Shown: piece after piece, positions 38,893-48,716 of the stretch
Numbering within the stretch: the first letter of the stretch is position 1
Layout: the number at the start of each line of letters is the position of its first letter
Source of the DNA: a bacterium
Lineage (GTDB): Bacteria; Electryoneota; JAOADG01
Length of the DNA: 64,000 bases
NCBI GenBank assembly: GCA_963681965.1
Contig: OY820579.1
Span: 3,008,001 to 3,072,000, forward strand
Direction of reading: 5' to 3'
The notes under the pieces: model-generated
Seen by the model: only the letters and a program-made list of their open reading frames with translations
Databases searched by the model: none
Told to the model about the DNA's origin: nothing
Translations under genes and position numbers: made by a program

Positions 38893-40200
38893 TTATTTTA
38901 CCAATCGCAAAGCAATTGTCTGCTTAAACTGCCTATTGTCGGTAATCTGCGCGAAATAATTTCCCGACGCTACACCAGTAGCATTCCATTCAAGACTTTG
39001 TTGTCCGGCACTGAACAATCGGTCGGCAATCGTCGCAATCTCTCGTCCCTGTTCGTTTACGATCGAGATATGAAGGGCAATCGGTTTCGCCAAATCGAAT
39101 CGGATCAGTGTAGTAGCATTAAACGGATTCGGATATGCGCGTAAATTGGAAATCTCCGGAAGCGGTGCAGTACGCGGTTCCGGCGCAGCATTCGATCCGA
39201 CAAACACAAAATCGGCATAAATCGGTAAATGATCTGCCCCATAATAAAGCGCTAGCGCTACACTGTCCGGGACAACCCCGTTCGGTAAACTTATGAGTGC
39301 GCCATTGAAGCGATTTCCATCGTTTCCAACTGTACGATGACTACCGACGATAAAATGCGATCCTGTTTCGGATTGTAAAGATACTGAAGGTAGCAGAAAA
39401 TCGAATCGATCGTCCAATCCACCACCCACACCGCCATCGCTTAGCGAGGATATCCGCGAGGACTGAGTGTGAATATATCGGTAAGCTTCGCCATCGTGCC
39501 AGACACCAGATGCCACCGGATCGAATGCGCGACCGTTGTTATTCGTCAAGCTTCCAGTCAATTCGGTGTAGGCAGGTTCGGTATTCGTGTAGAAATTCAT
39601 GTCGCCGCAGTAAATAAATCTCGCACCAGACGGCAAAGAATTTGCGTAATTGCGAGCAATCGTGGCTTCTGCCAATCGGTTCGATTCATACCCTTGCGAT
39701 GCTTTCAAATGCATTCCGAAAATATAGAAATCGCCGGTGGAATCGGAATGGATCGGTCGCATCCGAAACACATAAATGAGGCGTAGCGATGTCTCCAAAG
39801 TTGTCTGATTGATCAAACGTACTTTCGACGAACGATAAAACAAACCAATTTGCGTATCATTTCCATCGATATAAGTTGAAGTCAGCCAGTCGGAATCGCC
39901 CCACACATTCAATGCTTGATCGCGAAACAATGGCAATCCACTTGCGTCATTGAGTTCACCGCTGACGAGAATATCCGGGTGAGTGTAATGAATCGTCGTT
40001 CGAAAATATGGGATGCGGGCTGCACCAGCTTGATTCGAACCCGGAAAATTTAACAGATTGTATGCCATAATCCGCAGAGTATCACGGGTCTGAGCCGACA
40101 CTACGGACGCAAATAAACTGACAATGATGACAGCAGTTAAGACCACTGAAGAACGAGTACTACGCAATAAAGAATATTTCAAATACATTGAAAAACCCAT
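38893..40200 (-). CDS. Secreted endonuclease/exonuclease/phosphatase (EEP/DNase I-like) protein with T9SS/FlgD C-terminal domain
   Basis: RIMAYNLLNF, HLKAS, CGDMN, HTQS, DDRFDF, ADHLPI; YPNPFN...SGNYF...LRLVK. Start uncertain (40188 or 40200). Confidence 0.88.
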   Translation of the reverse strand: MGFSMYLKYSLLRSTRSSVVLTAVIIVSLFASVVSAQTRDTLRIMAYNLLNFPGSNQAGAARIPYFRTTIHYTHPDILVSGELNDASGLPLFRDQALNVWGDSDWLTSTYIDGNDTQIGLFYRSSKVRLINQTTLETSLRLIYVFRMRPIHSDSTGDFYIFGMHLKASQGYESNRLAEATIARNYANSLPSGARFIYCGDMNFYTNTEPAYTELTGSLTNNNGRAFDPVASGVWHDGEAYRYIHTQSSRISSLSDGGVGGGLDDRFDFLLPSVSLQSETGSHFIVGSHRTVGNDGNRFNGALISLPNGVVPDSVALALYYGADHLPIYADFVFVGSNAAPEPRTAPLPEISNLRAYPNPFNATTLIRFDLAKPIALHISIVNEQGREIATIADRLFSAGQQSLEWNATGVASGNYFAQITDNRQFKQTIALRLVK

Positions 40201-40442
40201 CAAGGTGTCAAGACAACGAAGTCGCAGACTGTGTCTGCGACGTGAACAAATCATGGATTAAAGATGATGTTGGGTCCGAAGAAACATAGGTACTATTCAA
40301 GAACCCACTCGGGAAACGAAACAAGTTAAGATGTGATCTAGACTTGCGTTTCTTCTAATAATTGTAATATACTACGAAAAATTCCTGAAAACACTTAATA
40401 CAATTCGAATCTGCCTTAGCTTCTGAACTTCCGATCCATTCG

Positions 40443-40468
40443 AAAAAAGCGGGTCATTCAACCCGCTT
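40443..40468 (-). terminator. Intrinsic terminator
   Basis: A-run, AAGCGGGT-CATTCA-ACCCGCTT. Confidence 0.7.
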
Positions 40469-40495
40469 CTTGAAAAATTGTACCGATATCGGTTA

Positions 40496-41233
40496 TTAAT
40501 CGTCTTCTTCCCAAGGTTTCTTCGTTGTCACCGGTGCAGGAGCAGCTTCTTCTTCGGCTAACCAATCCGGTTTATCCGGTTTCGCAGCTTCCTTCTCCTC
40601 TTCGGGAACCACTTTCTGATCGGTCAGTGCTTTATCGGCATTCACCATCTCTTCCACTTCAAGGGGAACTAGGTTCGGATCGTCAAAATGCCATGGTTTG
40701 GCTTCTTCGCCAATATCTTGTCCCAAGCGGCGATAAATCTTCGAACCATCGTCTTCCACTTCCCAAGGCTTAAAGTTGGTCTCTTCAACCTGACCCTCGT
40801 CTGCCAATCGCAGTACCATACCAGAACTTTTTTTCTTCTGGAACGGGTCAGCTATTGGTTTTTCGGTTGAAGCAGGTTTAACAATCTTCTTACAAATGGG
40901 ACAGGGTACATCATGGCTGGCAGGAACTGTCGGGTGTTTAGAGTTGTCGAGATAACCATTTCCACGATATTTATGATAATCGCGACAATTCCGCTCGAAC
41001 GCTTGTCGAGCAGTTTCAGCCAATTGGAATGTAAATCGGGTATACTTTTTCTTCTGCGATTGACGTCGAAGTTCCGCTTTTAGATCATCGTCGGAACGAC
41101 CGATATAACGGACACTTAGCTGTCCCCATACATCGTTGTGACCTAAACGGAATGTACCCGGACCCGATCGAGTGACATTCGACTCAATGATATCGTTTTC
41201 CAAGTCGAATGGTCCGAGTTGCTCGGAAGACAT
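40496..41233 (-). CDS. Hypothetical protein: GIY-YIG-like N-terminal domain with CxxC, plus acidic low-complexity tail
   Basis: PGTFRLG...RYIGRSDDDL...AFERNC..YH...LDN..HP...CPIC; strong AGGAGG SD. Confidence 0.7.
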   Translation of the reverse strand: MSSEQLGPFDLENDIIESNVTRSGPGTFRLGHNDVWGQLSVRYIGRSDDDLKAELRRQSQKKKYTRFTFQLAETARQAFERNCRDYHKYRGNGYLDNSKHPTVPASHDVPCPICKKIVKPASTEKPIADPFQKKKSSGMVLRLADEGQVEETNFKPWEVEDDGSKIYRRLGQDIGEEAKPWHFDDPNLVPLEVEEMVNADKALTDQKVVPEEEKEAAKPDKPDWLAEEEAAPAPVTTKKPWEEDD

Positions 41234-41519
41234 AGCTCCCTCCTTTCAGCCTTATAATTTGCAACAAAATTTCTCGGAATTCCACAGGCGCAAGGAGTTT
41301 ACTTCATCAGCTTACTCATCGTAGAACAATTCAAAGACTGCTGCATTGAAAAATACGGAATAACATCCCCGAAACAAATGTACTGTACTTTGCCTAACCG
41401 AGGTTTTAAATTGAATTGATAATCTCTTATTAATTAGTTAATAATAAATTTTACGGAAGCTAGTTGCTCGAATTCATTCTCTAATTCATCTTGTAGCATT
41501 CATTCTTGAGGAATCATCC

Positions 41520-42095
41520 ATGTCTGAAACCGATCTTATCCAAGAAATCGACCGACTTGAAAATGAGTTGAAAACGTCAAAACAACGATTGGCTGAGTTG
41601 CGGCTACAACTACCAATTCAACCGGTTACGAATTATACATTTACCGATCCGGAGCGCCGCAAAGTCACACTCTCGGAATTGTTTGGTGATCGGAACGAGT
41701 TGTTAATTGTTCACAATATGGGTAAATCGTGCCCATATTGCACGCTTTGGGCAGACGGCTTGAATGGTGTATACTTTCATATCGAGAGTAAAGTGCCGTT
41801 TGTGGTCTCAACACCGGATTCGCCTGATACGATTCGCGAATTTGCCGCATCCCGAAATTGGAAGTTCAAATTGGTCTCGACTCAGGGAACCAGCTTTAAG
41901 CAAGACTTGGGATTTGAGGTTGACGCAAGTTATTTACCGGGAGTGACGTCTTTTAAGAAAGACCCCGACGGTAAAATTTATCGCGTTACACAAACGCTGT
42001 TCGGTCCGGGTGACGATTTCTGTGCGGTCTGGCCGTTATTTGATCTGCTCCCTTCGGGAAACGAAGAGTGGCACCCTCGTTTCAAATATTTATAA
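41520..42095 (+). CDS. DUF899 family thioredoxin-like protein
   Basis: VTLSELFG, CPYCTLWAD, PGVTSF.K, FCAVWPLFDLLP. Confidence 0.88.
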   Translation: MSETDLIQEIDRLENELKTSKQRLAELRLQLPIQPVTNYTFTDPERRKVTLSELFGDRNELLIVHNMGKSCPYCTLWADGLNGVYFHIESKVPFVVSTPDSPDTIREFAASRNWKFKLVSTQGTSFKQDLGFEVDASYLPGVTSFKKDPDGKIYRVTQTLFGPGDDFCAVWPLFDLLPSGNEEWHPRFKYL

Positions 42096-42131
42096 CCAAC
42101 TTGAACAAGCGCTATCGATTTGGAAGAGTGA

Positions 42132-43193
42132 ATGGCAACTTATTCTAAAAAACGGTTTGTATCACCCTTGGATTGGCTCGATGACCCGCAATCCCCACCT
42201 GAACTAACGTTTCTGGTGGGTACCGATGAATGGGTCATCGAAAAGATGCTCGATAGCTTTAAAGCGATCCTTCAAATCGAAGATCTTGAATACGGTTTTT
42301 CGATTCTTCATTGCGACGATCTCACGCCAGAAGCTGCGATGGATGCGCTTCGCGGGGGATCGTTACTTTATTCCGGGCGGCGGCTGATTTTTCTCCGGGG
42401 AACTCCATCCGGTCGACAAGACAAGCTGCGAAAGATCCTTGAACAATCCGTCACTAAACTTGAACCAGAGCTTACTTATGTCGTCTGGCAACTCGAAGAG
42501 TATGATGGTTCGAAACGTCCGAAACTTTGGCCATATACTGCCATTCAGCCGAGTCTGATTATTCGCTTCGACGAGCGATCCGATGATGAGATGCTCCTTT
42601 GGGCTAAGTATCTGCTTCGGAATGCCGGACTGAAGTTGTCGCCGAAGGGTATTCAACAGCTAGCCAATTCCGCACAATTTCCCTATGAATTGAACAGCAT
42701 TGTCGAACAACTCCGGGTCTGGGCTGACGAACACGGCACCATTTCGGACGATGTGTTTGGTAAATTGGCGCTCGGTGAAATCAATTCCGTCGTCGAAGAG
42801 GTTGTATTCCACCTGCTGACTGGCAATCCGGATAAGATGCTTGCCGCTATCTATCGACTGGATGAGCAGACCGTTGCTCGCAATACCACGACGATTTTAT
42901 GGCGGGTAGGATCGATGCTTCACGAAGCTTGGCAATGGCTACTACCCGCGCGACCGACCGATCCGCAGAGTTATCGGTGGAATCCGTACCAACGGTTCTT
43001 TCAGGATTTGGAGCCGTATCGCGATCGCGTCACGGAAGCGGCAATCTGGGAAACGTTGGCGGATTTGTCCACTTTGGACACCAGTTTAAAAACTACCGGT
43101 GCTTTCCAACAGGAATACCGGTTATTGGTTCAGTCACTGCTCCCTGCAGCCAAGCGTTTCCAGTCGGGAACACAACGGAAAGCTCGTGCGTAA
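42132..43193 (+). CDS. holA: Probable DNA polymerase III delta subunit (divergent)
   Basis: FLVGTDEW, SLLYSGRRLIFL, W....L...GL.LS, L...D..LKT pattern; size ~350 aa. Confidence 0.65.
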   Translation: MATYSKKRFVSPLDWLDDPQSPPELTFLVGTDEWVIEKMLDSFKAILQIEDLEYGFSILHCDDLTPEAAMDALRGGSLLYSGRRLIFLRGTPSGRQDKLRKILEQSVTKLEPELTYVVWQLEEYDGSKRPKLWPYTAIQPSLIIRFDERSDDEMLLWAKYLLRNAGLKLSPKGIQQLANSAQFPYELNSIVEQLRVWADEHGTISDDVFGKLALGEINSVVEEVVFHLLTGNPDKMLAAIYRLDEQTVARNTTTILWRVGSMLHEAWQWLLPARPTDPQSYRWNPYQRFFQDLEPYRDRVTEAAIWETLADLSTLDTSLKTTGAFQQEYRLLVQSLLPAAKRFQSGTQRKARA

Positions 43194-43850
43194 ATGAAAC
43201 AGACTAGCGATCACGGCAACGATGTCGAAGACACCGACGAAATCACCGAGGTAGACGAAGGGATGCACGAACAATTGGCGGTAAAATTCGATCACACATC
43301 CGATCGGATTTTGATGCAACGGTTCCAAGCAGGCGAAGAAGAAGTATTCGTCACTCTGATGGAGCGTTATCAAGCGCCGCTCTATACGTTCATTTTGCGC
43401 ATGCTCGGCGATCCGGTTGGAGCGAAAGATATGCTCCAAGAGACGTTTATCAGGGTCTGGGAACGTCGCGATCAGTACCGTGAAATCGCACAATTTTCAA
43501 CTTGGCTCTATACCATCGCTGCCAATCTGGTTCGTTCCGAATTGCGAAAACGCAAACTTCGGCGCTGGATCCCGCTCGGTCATCACGACGACGACCAACC
43601 GGAAATCGATCCACCCGACGACGGTTTCCTTCCGGACGAGCTGGCAAACAGCAGTGGATTGCGAGTCAAAATCAATCAAGCATTGAAAAAACTACCGAGT
43701 GAATTTCGCGAAGCAGTGGTATTGCGCGACATCAACGACCTATCCTACGAAGAGATTGCGACGGCATTGAATGTGCCGGTAGGAACGGTGAAATCCCGCG
43801 TCAATCGCGGTCGGGCGCGGTTACAAGAAATGTTGAGACAATATTTATAA
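43194..43850 (+). CDS. ECF sigma-70 factor (RpoE/SigW-like)
   Basis: DMLQETFIRVW, FSTWLYTIAAN, LSYEEIA..L.VPVGTVKSRVNRGR. Confidence 0.95.
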   Translation: MKQTSDHGNDVEDTDEITEVDEGMHEQLAVKFDHTSDRILMQRFQAGEEEVFVTLMERYQAPLYTFILRMLGDPVGAKDMLQETFIRVWERRDQYREIAQFSTWLYTIAANLVRSELRKRKLRRWIPLGHHDDDQPEIDPPDDGFLPDELANSSGLRVKINQALKKLPSEFREAVVLRDINDLSYEEIATALNVPVGTVKSRVNRGRARLQEMLRQYL

Positions 43851-43869
43851 ACCATAACGGTGAGAAAGC

Positions 43870-44397
43870 ATGATCACTTGTACAAGATTCGAATCGATGT
43901 TCCCCAATGCAGTTGCAGGAAAATTAACACCGGAAGAAGCAGCAGAGTTTGCGGAACATCGCACACAGTGTCGGCACTGCGCCGGGTTCACCGAGGGTGA
44001 CGCGTATTATCGGATGCGGTTGCAGACCGTCGGTTTCGAGCCGAATGCACCACAACTTGATCTGAACGCGATTTACCGTGGACAACGAGCCCCGCAGAAC
44101 CGGACGTACAATTTGCCGATGCGTACTCTCAGCTTGGCTGCCGGTATCGTACTCGGGGCATTCGTGGTCGGCAAAGTGCTGTTGAACAATCCTGCAACAC
44201 TTTCTACACCCGGTGCAATCAATCAAGCGAATCGAATCGATACAGCGCTTCCAGCCACTCCAGCACAGCAATTCGTGTCGAGTACGGACGGTAAATCTTC
44301 AACCAAACCAGTCGATTCGGTGAAAAACAAAAATCAAACCACGCAACCGATACCGGATCAATTCCACGGATCGATGCAGAGCGTCAGCGGTAAATAA
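43870..44397 (+). CDS. Zinc-finger (ZAS, HxxxCxxC) anti-sigma factor with TM segment
   Basis: EHRTQCRHC motif, one TM helix, directly after the ECF sigma. Confidence 0.82.
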   Translation: MITCTRFESMFPNAVAGKLTPEEAAEFAEHRTQCRHCAGFTEGDAYYRMRLQTVGFEPNAPQLDLNAIYRGQRAPQNRTYNLPMRTLSLAAGIVLGAFVVGKVLLNNPATLSTPGAINQANRIDTALPATPAQQFVSSTDGKSSTKPVDSVKNKNQTTQPIPDQFHGSMQSVSGK

Positions 44398-44431
44398 CCG
44401 ACTTTTTGTATTACCTCCAACTGACCAACAC

Positions 44432-44457
44432 GAACGGCGACCTTTCGGTCGCCGTTT
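44432..44457. terminator. Terminator hairpin between convergent genes
   Basis: AACGGCGACC-TTTC-GGTCGCCGTT. Confidence 0.75.
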
Positions 44458-44488
44458 GTGATTTGAAATAATCTCATTGAAAATAGTA

Positions 44489-45040
44489 CTACTCTTCCCC
44501 ATCCTTCTCATCCGCTTCAGCGCCCGGTAATTCTTCCTGTCGATGCTGCTCCAGCGCATCCTGCAGCGCCTGTTCCGCCGAAATATTCGTCCAGCAAACC
44601 GCCTGAATTACCGGCCAAAACCGGTTCATCATCCCGAACCCCATAAACACCAGAGGACTGAGAAATTCCGCAGGAAACGCCTGTTTGTAATGAGGATACC
44701 CAACCCGAAAGCGCACTTCACCGGAATTAGAATCAAGTTCGAAATTCCCGAACGCAAGATCGAAATTGAGCCGATTGAGAATATCGAGGATTCTGCTCCT
44801 TTTCGACTTTGGTGCGCGGAACGAGTGTGTTGTTAATGCGAGAATATTGCTCTCGCCAATCATGAAGACTGAACTATAATTGGAATTGTCGAGTGCCATC
44901 CCGACTCGTACTGCTCGACTCGGGTCGATGACTTCGTATTCTAAGCCGGTCGAATCGAGAAAATCCGTCAACTGGCGGAATAATGGCAACGCCGTCGATT
45001 CCGACGGCGTTACGTTTGAAGATTGTTCCTGATCGCTCAC
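44489..45040 (-). CDS. YbjN-like (T3SS-chaperone-fold) protein
   Basis: [23 protein letters not shown]; GTG start overlapping the rho stop. Confidence 0.75.
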   Translation of the reverse strand: MSDQEQSSNVTPSESTALPLFRQLTDFLDSTGLEYEVIDPSRAVRVGMALDNSNYSSVFMIGESNILALTTHSFRAPKSKRSRILDILNRLNFDLAFGNFELDSNSGEVRFRVGYPHYKQAFPAEFLSPLVFMGFGMMNRFWPVIQAVCWTNISAEQALQDALEQHRQEELPGAEADEKDGEE

Positions 45041-46287
45041 TGCTTGCCCATCGAACTAAGGAACTGCTCGTTGCTCTTGGTGCCGCGTATCCGGTCGCTG
45101 AGGAACCGCATCGCATCGGCTGGCGACAGATCGCCAAGCATATTGCGCAGAATCCAGATTCGGTTGAGTTCCATCTCGCCGAGCAACAGCTCTTCGTGGC
45201 GGGTACCCGACTTGTTGATGTCGATTGCCGGGAAGATACGCAATTCCGCCATGCGACGGTCGAGCACGATTTCGTTGTTACCGGTACCTTTGAATTCTTC
45301 GAAAATGACTTCGTCCATTCGACTGCCGGTATCGATCAATGCCGTTGCAATAATCGTCAACGACCCACCTTCTTCGATGTTGCGCGCCGCACCGAAGAAT
45401 TTCTTCGGCTCATAGAGTGCGGTAGCATCCATACCACCCGATAACACGCGTCCGGAATGCGGTGCGACAGCGTTGTGGGCACGCGCTAAGCGCGTTATCG
45501 AGTCAAGGAGAATAACGACGTCGTGACCGTATTCAACCAGGCGTTTCGCCTTTTCAATCACCATATTCGAGATCTGAATATGTCGTTCCGGTTTTTCGTC
45601 GAATGTAGATGAAATCACTTCGCCGTGAACCGTACGCTGCATATCGGTGACTTCTTCGGGACGTTCGTCGATCAACAGAACGATCAACAATACTTCGGGA
45701 TGATTGCGCGCAATCGAGTTGGCGATTTTTTGTAGAATAATCGTTTTACCGGCACGTGGCGGCGAGACGATCAACGATCGTTGACCTTTGCCGAGCGGTG
45801 TAAACAGGTCGATTGTACGACTGGTGATATCGCACCCTTCGTATTCTTCCTTGATTCGTTCGTTGGGATAAATCGGCGTCAGGTTATCGAACAGAATCTT
45901 GTTACGCGTCTCTTCGGGCGCTTCGAAGTTGATCGCTTCGACTTTCAAGAGGGCGAAAAAGCGTTCGCTCTCTTTCGGCGGGCGAATCTGTCCACTGACA
46001 ATGTGACCTTTGCGAAGCCCGAATCGCTTGATTTGCGAAGGGCTGACATAGATATCGTCCGGACCGGGGAGATAATTCGAGGTCGGGCTGCGGAGAAAAC
46101 CGTACCCTTCCGGTAAAATTTCCAAGACACCATTGGCAAAGATCAAACCGTCTTTTTCGGTTTGGCGTTCAAGGATCTTAAAAATCAAATCCTGACGCGG
46201 CATGCCTGAATAATCGTCGATTTTCAGACTCTTTGCGATGTCATTCAGTTCGGAGATTTTTAGCGATTTTAATTCGGCGAGTTCCAT
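45037..46287 (-). CDS. rho: Transcription termination factor Rho
   Basis: [48 protein letters not shown]. Confidence 0.98.
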   Translation of the reverse strand: MELAELKSLKISELNDIAKSLKIDDYSGMPRQDLIFKILERQTEKDGLIFANGVLEILPEGYGFLRSPTSNYLPGPDDIYVSPSQIKRFGLRKGHIVSGQIRPPKESERFFALLKVEAINFEAPEETRNKILFDNLTPIYPNERIKEEYEGCDITSRTIDLFTPLGKGQRSLIVSPPRAGKTIILQKIANSIARNHPEVLLIVLLIDERPEEVTDMQRTVHGEVISSTFDEKPERHIQISNMVIEKAKRLVEYGHDVVILLDSITRLARAHNAVAPHSGRVLSGGMDATALYEPKKFFGAARNIEEGGSLTIIATALIDTGSRMDEVIFEEFKGTGNNEIVLDRRMAELRIFPAIDINKSGTRHEELLLGEMELNRIWILRNMLGDLSPADAMRFLSDRIRGTKSNEQFLSSMGKQ

Positions 46288-46520
46288 AGGAGTTCTCAAG
46301 CGAGGGAAATCAGAAACGACAGCCTAAAGCCCCCCTCGACAGGGTCCTTAGCGTGGGTGTGAGAATGGGTTACAACGTTACGATCATACAGGAGAGTGCT
46401 CAGGTAAGGAGCTAACACTTCAGATATGCTGTAACGGAAGTTACAAGCTGTTGCGAGCATAGTCAAGATGAGATACGAAAAAATTACTCGAGATTGTGGA
46501 ATCCTAGTAACAAGAATAAA

Positions 46521-47831
46521 TTACTGGAAACGTGGAAGTAAAGAACCGACCAGATAATGCGATCCCGTTAAAACAATACAATCGTTGGGATTTGCCTCGC
46601 TTATGGCAGCTTTCAGCGCTGCTTCCGGAGTCGGAAATGAACTCGCCTGACAGCCACAATCTGTAAATAACTGTGCCAATTCACGTCCGTCGCGAGCTCG
46701 TTCTCCTGTTAGAGGAGCGGCATAGATAATTGGTTTAAGTGGCTGTAACTCCCCAACAACACCAGCGATATCCTTATCAGCCAACAACCCGATCACCAAT
46801 CGATAACGACCCTGTAACACCGGTTTCCGTGCCAGTAAAGTCTGTGTTAGCGCTGCCGCGCCAGCGGGATTGTGCGCCACATCGGCTACTATCAATGGGT
46901 TGCGTTGCAGCGGTTCCAATCGGGAGCGCCAGATAGTCTTCGGTAAACCAGATCGGATCGCGTCATTGGTGAACTGCGACAATCCTTGTTCCCGCACCGC
47001 CAACATGACACAGAGCACACCTTCGAGATTCTCGCGTTGGTGTTTTCCCTCGAGCGGTAACTCCAAATGATCTAGTCCTGCGAATTCGCGCTGTGCCTCT
47101 TCCGATAATTTCACCAATCGCACAATTTGATTTTTCTCAGGGGTGTTCTTTGCTCTTACCGCTTGAACGATCACAGTCGATCGGGCGTTCCGGTAAGATT
47201 TCGCTTTCCGATCAATGAAACGCTTTTCGAGAAACCGCTCGACTGCCGCCACCTGCCGTGAAGAAGTTGCGGCAGCACACGGTTTCCAGATGCCGGATTT
47301 ATCCCGCGCAATCGCCACCCGAGTATAACCAAGGATTTCAGTATGATCGAGATCGATCCGTGTCAAATGCGCCACCAGCGGCTGTACTACGTTCGTACAG
47401 TCCCACGTACCGCCCAACCCAACCTCGATGACATTCAGCGTCGTTTCGGTTTGCCGGAAGACTTCGAAGGCGATTGCGGTTGTCACTTCAAAAAATGTCG
47501 CCTGGAGATTTTCCGCAAGCGGTCGAATCGATTGTAACAATTCACTCACTGCATTGATCGAAACCATCGCGTCATTAATCCGGATTCGCTCCCGCCAGTC
47601 GATCAGATGCGGTGACGTATAGAGCCCGACCTTGTATCCAGCTTCCTGCGCGATGGCGGCGATCATGGCACAGGTGGATCCTTTTCCGTTCGTTCCGGTT
47701 ACGTGAATCACCGGAATTGCCAGATGTGGATCACCGAAATACGCAAGCAATTTCCGCGTCGTGTCGAGCGTACGCGTCATGCCGAAACGGTGACGCTGGA
47801 ATAGCCAGTCGAGATTTTGTTGGTATGACAC
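46521..47831 (-). CDS. folC: Folylpolyglutamate/dihydrofolate synthase
   Basis: HVTGTNGKGS, YTSPHL, EVGLGG..D.TN, DVAHN, GSHYLVG. Confidence 0.95.
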   Translation of the reverse strand: MSYQQNLDWLFQRHRFGMTRTLDTTRKLLAYFGDPHLAIPVIHVTGTNGKGSTCAMIAAIAQEAGYKVGLYTSPHLIDWRERIRINDAMVSINAVSELLQSIRPLAENLQATFFEVTTAIAFEVFRQTETTLNVIEVGLGGTWDCTNVVQPLVAHLTRIDLDHTEILGYTRVAIARDKSGIWKPCAAATSSRQVAAVERFLEKRFIDRKAKSYRNARSTVIVQAVRAKNTPEKNQIVRLVKLSEEAQREFAGLDHLELPLEGKHQRENLEGVLCVMLAVREQGLSQFTNDAIRSGLPKTIWRSRLEPLQRNPLIVADVAHNPAGAAALTQTLLARKPVLQGRYRLVIGLLADKDIAGVVGELQPLKPIIYAAPLTGERARDGRELAQLFTDCGCQASSFPTPEAALKAAISEANPNDCIVLTGSHYLVGSLLPRFQ

Positions 47832-48697
47832 TATTCCCCAACCACCTTAAGATATGCAGCCTCTAGTTCTTCGATCGGTATTGAGCGAATGAGTTTTGGT
47901 GCTTCTCCTAAAAACCGCTCTGCGACTTCGAGAAAATTTCCTCCGGCATCCGTTAAGTAAAGTGCCGGATCTTGGGTGGGTGCAACGACATCTGACGAGT
48001 TGGGAAGATTAGCCAAATTCCGAATCGATAACTCCTGCGCTACCACCGCCGCCGTTGCTTCGGCGCTGTCGATGGTCTGAACAGTGTTCCAAATCCGATT
48101 CAATAGCGGTTTCAACAACGGGTAGTGAGTACAACCAAGCAAGAGAGTATCGCAGTGAGCATAGCGCAGCGGGGCAAGATATTTCTCAACAATCAACTCG
48201 GCAAATGGCGTCTCGTAGTCACCCTCCTCGATGATTGGAACCAGTAACGGCGCCGCGACCGACACAACTTTGCAGGAATTATCGATGCGTTGAATTGCGT
48301 GCCGGTAAGCATCGCTATTCACAGTTGCTCGTGTTGCCAATACCCCGATGCAGGTTTTCGAAAGCGCTACTGCTGCAGCCGCACCCGGCTGTATCACGCC
48401 GAAAACCGGCACCGGCATCCGCTCGTGGAGTGAGGGAAGTGCCAAGGCACTGGCAGTATTGCACGCAACGACAATTGCTTTCACCGGTTGAAGCGACAAC
48501 CATGAACCAATTTGAAGGGCAAAACTTCGAACGATCTCTTTCGATTTCGATCCGTAAGGAACGCGAGCAGTATCCCCGAAATAGATAAAATCTTCTTCGG
48601 GGAGTTTTTTTCGCAATTCGCGCAAAACCGTAAGACCGCCGACACCGGAGTCAAAAACTCCGATCGGCAGTCTACGGGGTAGTATGGGAGTAATCAT
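47831..48697 (-). CDS. murI: Glutamate racemase
   Basis: FDSGVGGLTV, PYGSKS, VACNTAS, LGCTHYP. Confidence 0.97.
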   Translation of the reverse strand: MITPILPRRLPIGVFDSGVGGLTVLRELRKKLPEEDFIYFGDTARVPYGSKSKEIVRSFALQIGSWLSLQPVKAIVVACNTASALALPSLHERMPVPVFGVIQPGAAAAVALSKTCIGVLATRATVNSDAYRHAIQRIDNSCKVVSVAAPLLVPIIEEGDYETPFAELIVEKYLAPLRYAHCDTLLLGCTHYPLLKPLLNRIWNTVQTIDSAEATAAVVAQELSIRNLANLPNSSDVVAPTQDPALYLTDAGGNFLEVAERFLGEAPKLIRSIPIEELEAAYLKVVGE

Positions 48698-48716
48698 AGC
48701 GTAAAAATCACAGAAT

